From Bdellovibrionales bacterium (GTDB taxonomy: Bacteria; Bdellovibrionota; Bdellovibrionia; Bdellovibrionales; UBA1609): 64,000 nt of DNA. Both the position numbers and the translations under genes were made by a program. Positions within the stretch are counted from its first letter, which is position 1. Every line of letters starts with the position of its first letter. Below the pieces are notes generated by a model that saw only the letters and a list, made by a program, of their open reading frames with translations, was not told the origin of the DNA and searched no databases. The stretch covers positions 32,001 to 96,000 of the forward strand of contig JAWLHR010000001.1 of NCBI GenBank assembly GCA_041690295.1, in the 5' to 3' direction. This document shows, piece by piece, positions 19,252 through 26,821 of the stretch.

Positions 19252-19760
19252 AGTTAGACAGCAAATATCTGGTCCTGGCGACCGTCGGCGGTGCCATTAT
19301 CGCGCTTGACCAGCTGACCAAGATGTATGTTCACGCCAATTTCGGTTTGGGCGAATCGGTTCCCGTGATTCAAGACATCTTTCATTTCACCTATGTGCGA
19401 AACACCGGCGCGGCCTTTGGTTTCTTGCGTGATGCCGCTGAAACTTTCAGGACGCTTTTCTTTTTATCCATGCCGCCGATCGCCGTGGCGATCATTTTGC
19501 GAATGCTTTATCAGGTGGATAACAGCGACAGGTGGCAGATTTTTTCTCTTTCTTTGATTTTCGGCGGTGCTATCGGGAACTATATTGATCGCTTGCGATT
19601 TGGATATGTGATCGATTTCCTCGATTTTCATTATCGAGATGTTTGGTCCTACCCGGCGTTCAACATCGCGGATTCCGCGATCGTCACCGGCGTGGGGATC
19701 ATGCTGTTGCTAATGGCATTGCATGCGCGCGCCGAGAAGAGAGCCCGGCAGAAAGCTTGA
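19248..19760 (+). CDS. lspA: Lipoprotein signal peptidase
   Basis: DQLTK, NTGAAFG, GNYIDR, VIDF, FNIADS; follows ileS. Confidence 0.97.
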   Translation: MKLDSKYLVLATVGGAIIALDQLTKMYVHANFGLGESVPVIQDIFHFTYVRNTGAAFGFLRDAAETFRTLFFLSMPPIAVAIILRMLYQVDNSDRWQIFSLSLIFGGAIGNYIDRLRFGYVIDFLDFHYRDVWSYPAFNIADSAIVTGVGIMLLLMALHARAEKRARQKA

Positions 19761-19766
19761 TTCATC

Positions 19767-20510
19767 GTGTATCCGCAACTGGTTTTATTTTCCGGTGTTC
19801 ACATTTCCACTTATTTTCTGTTGATCAGTATCGCCACCACCATTGGCGTTCTCTGGCATATTCGTCGCGCTGAGAAAATGCATCTCAGCCGGATTTCCGC
19901 CATTGATTTTTCATTGGTCACATTGGCTGGTGGCTTCCTTGGCGCGCGTTTGCTGCACGTGATTCATGAGGAGCCGGAATATTATCATCTGAATCCTTGG
20001 GCTGTTTTGCACGTTTGGAACGGCGGATTCGTGTTTTTCGGCGGATTACTTGGCGCTTTGGTGGCCGCCTTACTGTTCTGCCGGATCCGGCGCGAGCCCT
20101 TTTGGTTGTGGGCGGACGCGGCCGCGCTTCCGCTTTCATTCACTTATGCCATCGGCCGCATCGGCTGTTTTTTAAACGGTTGCTGTTACGGTAAGCCGGC
20201 GGATGTGCCCTGGGCGGTGACCATGCATGGGGCGCCCCGATACCCGACTCAACTCTTCGCGACCGCTTGGGAGCTTTTGGCGTTGATCGGTTTGTTGTGG
20301 CTTGAACCTCGGCTTAAGATCTCGGGCGTGCTGTTTAACCTGTGGTTGTTGAGTCATTCCGTGGGCCGTGTGGTGATGGAAACCTTCCGCGACGACCCTC
20401 GCGGTCCCACCTTCTTCGGTGTCAGCATCGGCACTGTTCTCAGTCTGATGTTCGGCATGTGGGCCCTCTTCAATCTGGTTTCCGTGCGCTGGCCCGTCTC
20501 GCGCGATTGA
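19767..20510 (+). CDS. lgt: Prolipoprotein diacylglyceryl transferase
   Basis: GARLLHV, WNGGFVFFGG, GRIGCFLNGCCYG, PTQL, ETFRDD. Confidence 0.9.
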   Translation: MYPQLVLFSGVHISTYFLLISIATTIGVLWHIRRAEKMHLSRISAIDFSLVTLAGGFLGARLLHVIHEEPEYYHLNPWAVLHVWNGGFVFFGGLLGALVAALLFCRIRREPFWLWADAAALPLSFTYAIGRIGCFLNGCCYGKPADVPWAVTMHGAPRYPTQLFATAWELLALIGLLWLEPRLKISGVLFNLWLLSHSVGRVVMETFRDDPRGPTFFGVSIGTVLSLMFGMWALFNLVSVRWPVSRD

Positions 20511-21422
20511 TTTTCCGCCGCCCGCGCCGGTCAGGGCGAGTTGCGTTAGAAATCAGGTCTCCGATTGCGTGTCTACGAGGATATTTCCGCATCGCACTTG
20601 CTCGAATAGGTTTGTCCGCCTACCTTTCTGCGTGTCTACGCGATCGAACACCACTAATTCGAATGGCGGTCGCCCAAGTAGCTCTGCATTTTTCTTAATC
20701 CAAAGGCCTCGATGGCCGCGCGCTGGTTACAGGGTCGGCAAAGAAGGCGTAAGTTCCGCAATCTATTACTTCCCCCTTTTGCAACAGGATTTCGGTGATC
20801 CACTTGCAAGGCCCAAGTCGAACCGCAATTTTCACAACGACCCTCGGCCTTTTTCCATATTTCTCGGCGAGCGCTTACCGAAATGTGTTTGCCCTTAGCC
20901 GCAAAGTCGTAACTTTCACCCCTTATAAACCAGGGAACATCCAACCGTTCATCAGGATGGCTTTCTTGGGAGTACGCTGGATGACCGTATCTTTTTCCCT
21001 TCTTGTCCCGTTTCGCATCTTTGCTGAGGTGCTTCTTGGCCGGCGCGGGTGATTTGCCTGCCTCGGGATTGGCTTCAATGGACTTTTTGGTTTCATCTTC
21101 AATTGTTATTTCATCCACGGCTTTCGACCTCTTCCGCGTTGGATCCATTTTTTGTAGTCCCATTTCGGCAAGAATGTCGATCAAATCGGCCATGGAAAGA
21201 TGGGGATTTTTGTGGGCCATCAATCCTTTGAGACGTTCGAGTTTATCGATCATCCGGAAAATCAAATCGGCGAACAAACATGAATGCTCGACTAAACTGT
21301 CATTGAAAAACGCGAACTTTGTCGTCGATCATTGGTGCGGCCGATTGCCAGGTTCGTGAAAGATGGCTTCGCTACGATCAAAATTTGCCGCACGTCACCC
21401 TGACCGGCGCGGGTGGGGAAAA
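20511..21422. mobile_element. Putative inverted-repeat-bounded HNH element
   Basis: 20511-20545 and the reverse complement of 21389-21422 match at 30/35 positions, with a perfect 16-bp core CCCGCGCCGGTCAGGG; they enclose only the HNH ORF. No transposase or target-site duplication seen. Confidence 0.5.
20654..21253 (-). CDS. HNH endonuclease, probably N-terminally truncated
   Basis: RCENCGS...LQVDHRNPVAKGGSNRLRNLRLLCRPCN: two CxxC pairs plus HNH core. ATG 21253; in-frame stop about 26 codons upstream. Confidence 0.82.
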   Translation of the reverse strand: MIDKLERLKGLMAHKNPHLSMADLIDILAEMGLQKMDPTRKRSKAVDEITIEDETKKSIEANPEAGKSPAPAKKHLSKDAKRDKKGKRYGHPAYSQESHPDERLDVPWFIRGESYDFAAKGKHISVSARREIWKKAEGRCENCGSTWALQVDHRNPVAKGGSNRLRNLRLLCRPCNQRAAIEAFGLRKMQSYLGDRHSN

Positions 21423-21620
21423 ACGTGCAGCGAGAGTGATGCGCGGGTAACGGAGCTGTGAACGACTGAGCCGGGCCGCCACCGTCCGCGACGCCCCAAA
21501 GCGCGTCTCAAACTGAGACACCCCATATCGCATAGGAAATCTACACGTGTCTTATTTCGAGTTTCTTACTGCGCGTAAATTCCAGCTCGGAACGCACGTG
21601 ATTTGTAATTGTTGTTCGCC

Positions 21621-22166
21621 ATGCAGACCCCCAAAATCGCTTTGCTCATCTTATTTATGAGCATAGGAGCCGCCGCACACGCGCAGCAGAACGGCGGATC
21701 CGTTGAATGTAAAACCATGTGTCCCGGTGGCGGTGCGGATGTGATCGTCAATCTGGCGGCAAAGTGCATGTGCCTCAACAAAACCAATTGCTTTAAAGTC
21801 AGCATCGGTAAAAATGGACCGACTATGACCTCAAACGGAACGGGCAAACTGGGTGATGCGAAAGGGGCGCGATATCAAACCAAAGCGTCCACCTCAACCT
21901 CATACGATAACGACGCCTTGGCGATGGGAATTCCGGGAAATGACAAGTTCGGAAAATGGATTCACAAGACCCGAAACTGCGCTCCCGCCGGCAACAACTC
22001 CACAAAAGGTTGCGTGGCCGTCCCTTGCGACAAGTGGCCTGAGATCAAACAAATGAAAGGCAAGACCATTAAAGTTTGTGGCGGCGGTAGCCCCTCTCAC
22101 GGCGGATTAAGCAGCGGCAAGTCCGGTAGCGGCGGCGGACAGTTCTCAGGAGAGACGGCGCAATGA
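21621..22166 (+). CDS. Secreted Cys-rich L,D-transpeptidase (YkuD)-like protein
   Basis: Signal peptide (AHA), FKVSIGKNG, WIH...STKGCVAV resembling the YkuD H...[S/T]xGC motif. Confidence 0.65.
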   Translation: MQTPKIALLILFMSIGAAAHAQQNGGSVECKTMCPGGGADVIVNLAAKCMCLNKTNCFKVSIGKNGPTMTSNGTGKLGDAKGARYQTKASTSTSYDNDALAMGIPGNDKFGKWIHKTRNCAPAGNNSTKGCVAVPCDKWPEIKQMKGKTIKVCGGGSPSHGGLSSGKSGSGGGQFSGETAQ

Positions 22167-22195
22167 ACTCGATGATCAAACAATGGAGCACAAAT

Positions 22196-22576
22196 ATGAA
22201 GTACGTATTGTTATCAATCGCGGCCCTCATGACGTCCATCGCCGTACAAGCGGCGGAACCCAAAGACACGAAGTACGGTTCCGATCTCCCCTTCCTTGAA
22301 GGCGTGTTGATTGAAATTCAGTCCTACGATCCCGAAACGCAAACTTACCAGGTGTCCTCGCCCGAGTTCACCGGTGAAGGCGAAGCCTATGTGACACCCG
22401 AAGGGCTCGCGCGCGGGGTTAAAGCCATCAATCTGGATCTTATTAAAAGAAAACCCACTTCGATCGTCGGCCAACAGTTCAAAACCGATCAAAAAGTTCC
22501 CACACTTTTTGATGAAGAACGTGAGGCCCGCAAAATCGGCGCTCCCATCCCGGTACCGAAAAAGAAGTCCAAGTAA
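22196..22576 (+). CDS. Hypothetical secreted protein
   Basis: GGAG RBS; signal peptide MKYVLLSIAALMTSIAVQA. Confidence 0.7.
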   Translation: MKYVLLSIAALMTSIAVQAAEPKDTKYGSDLPFLEGVLIEIQSYDPETQTYQVSSPEFTGEGEAYVTPEGLARGVKAINLDLIKRKPTSIVGQQFKTDQKVPTLFDEEREARKIGAPIPVPKKKSK

Positions 22577-22605
22577 CAAGACAAGCCCCGCCCGCCTTTG
22601 ACCTC

Positions 22606-22621
22606 TGGCCCTGCCGTTGCA
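22606..22621 (+). promoter_or_regulatory. Sigma54 -24/-12 promoter
   Basis: TGGCCCTGCCGTTGCA = GG-N10-GC, 45 bp before the OMP start. Confidence 0.7.
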
Positions 22622-22666
22622 TAATTAAAAATCAGGCAGGGTACCTGCCGTTGGAGGGAAAATCAG

Positions 22667-23248
22667 ATGAAACAGATGCTCATCGCCGCGGGATTAGTGA
22701 TCACGCTTTTGACAACCGGCCAACCGGTTTCGGCGCAGGAAGGCCAATCCACAATTAAAATGGACGATGTCGGCGAAGGGCAATTCACCGAATATGATCT
22801 GAACCTCAACCCCCAACTGGGTTATTCCTCTTTTGAATACTCCCGTCGCAAACCGCAAACCGGCCAAGGCCTGACCGGCGGTCTGACCGTCGAGCTGGGT
22901 CAAAGTTTACGGAAACTGGAAACCGGTTTGATCGTCATGGAGATGGCGGAATCGCGCTATCTCTCGATCCCAATGATGGCTAAACTCCGGGTGCACGCGA
23001 TGCGCACGCAAAGCTGGTACGCTAAAGTGGGATTCATCTCCGCTTTCGAAGTGGCCGGCGGCACCGAAAGCTCCACCAAGTTCGATATCCTGGGCGCCTT
23101 GGGCGTCGGCGGACGGGTGGTTGTCGATCGCTCCAAGGACTTTATTATTGAAGCCACTTACAATCGCGGTCTGCTCCCCTCGGGGACCGACACTGGGGTT
23201 TACAACCAAGGCTTTTTGATTCTCGCTGGCTTAAGTTTCCGCATCTAA
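22667..23248 (+). CDS. Small outer-membrane beta-barrel protein (OMP_b-brl-like)
   Basis: Signal peptide, YLSIPMMAK, IEATYNRGL, C-terminal strand LAGLSFRI. Confidence 0.78.
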   Translation: MKQMLIAAGLVITLLTTGQPVSAQEGQSTIKMDDVGEGQFTEYDLNLNPQLGYSSFEYSRRKPQTGQGLTGGLTVELGQSLRKLETGLIVMEMAESRYLSIPMMAKLRVHAMRTQSWYAKVGFISAFEVAGGTESSTKFDILGALGVGGRVVVDRSKDFIIEATYNRGLLPSGTDTGVYNQGFLILAGLSFRI

Positions 23249-23417
23249 TAACCTCCTTGCCAGCCCAACGAATTTCGGCGTCGAGTGACAGTTTTCGGCG
23301 CCGATCCGTCATTCGCGCACGCTGAAATCCAAATAATTCGCATTTGAATTGAGTCGATTCTGGCACATTACGTGATGGGCATTGGGCGGAGCTTTTAGTT
23401 TTGGTCAGGAGAAGCTT

Positions 23418-24146
23418 ATGAAAAATGGGGTGAAATTAGCAGTTACTTTGATCGCTATGATCACGGCTCTCGCCGCTTGCGGCAAGAAAAAAGGCAGCAG
23501 CTCGCCGGCCGCCACACCATCCTCTGTCACGCCGACCCCGGCGGGCGGACTTTGCCAGCTTGATGCCTTCGGCCGATGCGTTTCGAACATGGCCGTTTCC
23601 GGGTTCATCGATGTGAATCGTTTCCGCAGCGTCAACCTGACCGTGACCGATGCCGTCCGCTATCAGGAATTCCTGCGGCACAACGGCCTCTGCGTCCAAG
23701 TCCAGCAAACGGGAATCTTCGGTTGGTGGAACTCGACTCCGCCCTGTCATGCGGCGATCAACTTCATGGAAATGGAGATTCGCACTTTATCTCCGTACGC
23801 GCCTTCCAAGGTCCGCTTGAATGTTGAAGCGCAGTTCTCCGGATATGGTCAAAAAGCCGTGGCGAAGAACGCGAACGTTTGGGCGAACATCGATGGCAAT
23901 GGTTTTCAGGTCGTTTACAGCCGGTATGTGACCCCCGACTTCCAAATCCTGCAGGGTCAACCGCAGCCCTTGATCTGGCCCCCCGTAGGTCAGCAAAACA
24001 TCCTGACTTCCTTGCACATCCTGTTAACCTATGCGGACTCCACCCGTACCTTGTTAAACGCATTGGTTTACTATCAGGGTACACAGATCGCGAGCGGTCA
24101 GTTTTTCACGACTCAACCCCCGCAAACGTTCCCCGTAGGGATGTAA
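23418..24146 (+). CDS. Hypothetical lipoprotein
   Basis: AGGAG RBS; lipobox LAAC; Ser/Pro tether. Confidence 0.78.
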   Translation: MKNGVKLAVTLIAMITALAACGKKKGSSSPAATPSSVTPTPAGGLCQLDAFGRCVSNMAVSGFIDVNRFRSVNLTVTDAVRYQEFLRHNGLCVQVQQTGIFGWWNSTPPCHAAINFMEMEIRTLSPYAPSKVRLNVEAQFSGYGQKAVAKNANVWANIDGNGFQVVYSRYVTPDFQILQGQPQPLIWPPVGQQNILTSLHILLTYADSTRTLLNALVYYQGTQIASGQFFTTQPPQTFPVGM

Positions 24147-24153
24147 ATCCACG

Positions 24154-24180
24154 ATCCCCGCTTTCACCGGCGGGGATTTT
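24154..24180 (+). terminator. Rho-independent terminator
   Basis: ATCCCCGCT-loop-GGCGGGGAT followed by T residues, just after the lipoprotein stop. Confidence 0.65.
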
Positions 24181-24197
24181 GATTTATGCTCGGGCAC

Positions 24198-24401
24198 ATG
24201 AAAACCAAGTGTCCCACTTGCCGCAAAATGATCGAGTACTCTCGCCTGAATCCGCACCGGCCGTTTTGCAGTGAACGCTGCAAAGTCTTGGACCTGGGCG
24301 CTTGGGCCGAGGAAAAGTATCGCGTTCCGGTGAGTGAGCAGGAAAAACCTTCTGTCAAGAAAAACCCGGAAGAACCGCCGGGAGAAGACTTGCTGAATTA
24401 G
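24198..24401 (+). CDS. yacG: DNA gyrase inhibitor YacG
   Basis: CPTC...RPFCSERCKVLDLGAWAEEKYRVP. Confidence 0.93.
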   Translation: MKTKCPTCRKMIEYSRLNPHRPFCSERCKVLDLGAWAEEKYRVPVSEQEKPSVKKNPEEPPGEDLLN

Positions 24402-24503
24402 GAAATCCCGCGTTCAAGCGGAAATTTTCTTTGACGAAAGAATCGATCTCCAGCTTGAATGTCAAATACCAAAGGCAACAACAGATTTTCCATGGGGGAA
24501 ATA

Positions 24504-24776
24504 ATGAACAAAGCGGAACTCATTGAGAAGGTGGCCAACGAATGCGGCATCACCAAAGCACAAACCGAGAAACTGCTCGACTGCACTCTCGACACCATCA
24601 AGAAATCAGTCAAGAAAGGTGATGAAGTGAAGCTCGTCGGTTTCGGCACTTTCGTGAAAGCTAAGCGCAAAGCCCGCACCGGCCGTAATCCGCAAACCGG
24701 CAAAACAATCAAAATCCCGGCAACTTCCTTTCCTAAGTTTCGTCCGGGCGCCGAATTCAAGAATCTCGTGCGCTAA
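24504..24776 (+). CDS. hup: DNA-binding protein HU
   Basis: MNKAELI...GFGTF...ARTGRNPQTG...PKFRPG. Confidence 0.95.
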   Translation: MNKAELIEKVANECGITKAQTEKLLDCTLDTIKKSVKKGDEVKLVGFGTFVKAKRKARTGRNPQTGKTIKIPATSFPKFRPGAEFKNLVR

Positions 24777-24803
24777 TCGCCAGGGATTCAACGTTTATAT
24801 ATG

Positions 24804-24837
24804 AAAGGACTGGCTTTATGCCGGTCCTTTTGTTTTT
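24804..24837 (+). terminator. Rho-independent terminator after HU
   Basis: AAAGGACTGGC-TTTAT-GCCGGTCCTTT-TGTTTTT. Confidence 0.85.
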
Positions 24838-24983
24838 CCACCGCATGACTTTTTCAATTTTTGCCTGATCTCTTTGCAGCCTGATGAAACTGGCGATTTC
24901 AAAAAATCTTTAACGCCATCTCCCGCTTATTGGCCTTGACGGAATTTTCTCGGGCGACCCTAAAGACCCACCGATAGATAAAT

Positions 24984-25826
24984 ATGCGCCAATTGTTTCA
25001 AATTGGTCTGATCGTCTCGATCTTGAATTCCGTGGCCTGCGGAGACGGCTTTCGCGGGCAACCAGGACAACCAGAAAATCCGCAAGGCGAATTGGAATTG
25101 CCCCCCGAGCCGGAAGGCCCGATTTACCTGCCACCCAACCCCAATCCCCTGCCGGGCTCTGACGGTCCGGATCCGGGAACCATGTATGATAAGGCCGAGC
25201 TGGAGCGCTGGTTTTCCAGCGATATTCCCCGAGGCCGTGACTTAACCAAAGGCGACCATTCGCTCGGCGTCCTTCCCGTACGCAATCAATTGCCGGTCAA
25301 GCGCACGGATGGTTTCAAAGCCATCATTTGCGCCGGCGCGGGATGCCCCATCAAAATGCCTTTCATCTACACAAACACTCACCTGGTGAAAGTCAAAAAT
25401 ATAATGGACGAGGCCCGAGTTAAATCCACTTGCCTCGATGACACTCCAGAATGCGAACTGATCGCGCTTAAAGCGGGTGTGGTGGCCATGGAAATGATCA
25501 TGCACGATGAAAAACTTGAGCCGCTCTCCTGGGCCGAACTGAAGGCCTATTCGGTGGATGACGGTAGTGACTTCGGTAAACGGCTGACTCAGGACTGCGT
25601 GGATCAAGCGACCAATGGAATCAGCTATCTTTACATCTTCGCCCACATGGGGTGGTTAAAACACCACAAAATCATTCACCCAGGACAAGAAAACTTGATG
25701 ATTATCCAGCCCCACTTCTTCACCCGCATCCAATCCCTAAAGGGCGCTGTACTTAAATTCGATCTTTATCATCGGGGAAGCTTTGGCATTCCGCCTTACG
25801 TCACTTGCCTGCAGAACTGTGGGTGA
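24984..25826 (+). CDS. Lipoprotein with a putative Cys-His-Asp (transglutaminase/papain-like) domain
   Basis: Lipobox SVAC, Pro-rich tether, CAGAGC, QDCVDQATN, QPHFF, KFDLY. Confidence 0.65.
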   Translation: MRQLFQIGLIVSILNSVACGDGFRGQPGQPENPQGELELPPEPEGPIYLPPNPNPLPGSDGPDPGTMYDKAELERWFSSDIPRGRDLTKGDHSLGVLPVRNQLPVKRTDGFKAIICAGAGCPIKMPFIYTNTHLVKVKNIMDEARVKSTCLDDTPECELIALKAGVVAMEMIMHDEKLEPLSWAELKAYSVDDGSDFGKRLTQDCVDQATNGISYLYIFAHMGWLKHHKIIHPGQENLMIIQPHFFTRIQSLKGAVLKFDLYHRGSFGIPPYVTCLQNCG

Positions 25827-25840
25827 ATAGACTGGTCCGC

Positions 25841-26818
25841 ATGAGCGGACCTTCTAAAATCGCCGTCTTGACCAGCGGAGGCGACGCCCCCGGAATGAAC
25901 GCGGCCATTCGTTCGGTCGTTCGCACCGCGATCACATCGAACATCGAGGTGGTTGGTGTCCTGGGCGGCTACACCGGTCTGGTGAATAATAAGCTCATCG
26001 GTCTTTCCATGAGTTCCGTGGCGAATATCATCCAACGCGGCGGTACGATTTTAAAGTCGGGACGATGCCCGGAATTTCATAAACCCGAAGCTCGCGCGCA
26101 GGCCGCACAAAATCTTAAAGCCGCCGGTGTGCAAGGTTTGATCGTGATCGGCGGCGATGGCTCTTACGCCGGCGCCCACCTGCTGGCGAAAGAACACGGC
26201 ATTGCGGTTGTGGGAGTCCCGGGAACGATTGATAACGATATCTGGGGCACCGACGAAACCATCGGCTTTGATACCGCCGTCAATACCGCACTGGAAGCCA
26301 TTGACCGCATCCGTGACACGGCCGCCAGTCATGATCGCTTGTTCATCGTGGAAGTCATGGGCCGCGATGCGGGATTTATCGCCATCGAAGTGGGTCTGGC
26401 CGGCGGAGCTGAAGAAGTTTTTATCCCTGAAAACTTCACCAACGTGGACCAAGCCATTCAATCCATCAAGCGCGGTCTCGCCCGCGGAAAAACCTCGAGT
26501 ATATTGGTGACGGCGGAGGGACAAAAAGTCGGTCGCGCCTATGATTTAGCCGAACAAATCCGGCGTAAAGCTGGCTTCGAGGCGAAGGTTTGTGTGCTGG
26601 GGCATATTCAACGGGGCGGCCCGCCCACGGCGCGGGATCGCATCCTCGCCAGTCGTTTAGGTCACGCCGCGGTCGAAGCGCTCAAACAAGGCCGCTCGAA
26701 CATCATGGTGGGCGTACAATCGGATAATCTCGTGGTTTTGAATTTCGCGGATACCATCGGCAAGAAGCGCTTGGTGCCGAAAGAGATGATCGAACTCGCG
26801 CAGCTTCTTGCCCACTAG
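25841..26818 (+). CDS. pfkA: ATP-dependent 6-phosphofructokinase
   Basis: LTSGGDAPGMN, GGDGS, PGTIDND, EVMGR, LGHIQRGG. Confidence 0.97.
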   Translation: MSGPSKIAVLTSGGDAPGMNAAIRSVVRTAITSNIEVVGVLGGYTGLVNNKLIGLSMSSVANIIQRGGTILKSGRCPEFHKPEARAQAAQNLKAAGVQGLIVIGGDGSYAGAHLLAKEHGIAVVGVPGTIDNDIWGTDETIGFDTAVNTALEAIDRIRDTAASHDRLFIVEVMGRDAGFIAIEVGLAGGAEEVFIPENFTNVDQAIQSIKRGLARGKTSSILVTAEGQKVGRAYDLAEQIRRKAGFEAKVCVLGHIQRGGPPTARDRILASRLGHAAVEALKQGRSNIMVGVQSDNLVVLNFADTIGKKRLVPKEMIELAQLLAH

Positions 26819-26821
26819 GAT

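Noticed and set aside
20654..21253. HNH protein as IscB/Cas9-like RNA-guided nuclease
   Set aside because: No RuvC motifs or PLMP N-terminus, and only about 200 aa.
21423..21500. Structured ncRNA or riboswitch in the GC-rich spacer
   Set aside because: No recognisable family motif or convincing stem set by eye; needs an Rfam search.
21586..21608. Sigma54 promoter before the LDT-like gene
   Set aside because: ACGCACGTGATTTGTA deviates at both the -24 GG and the -12 GC.
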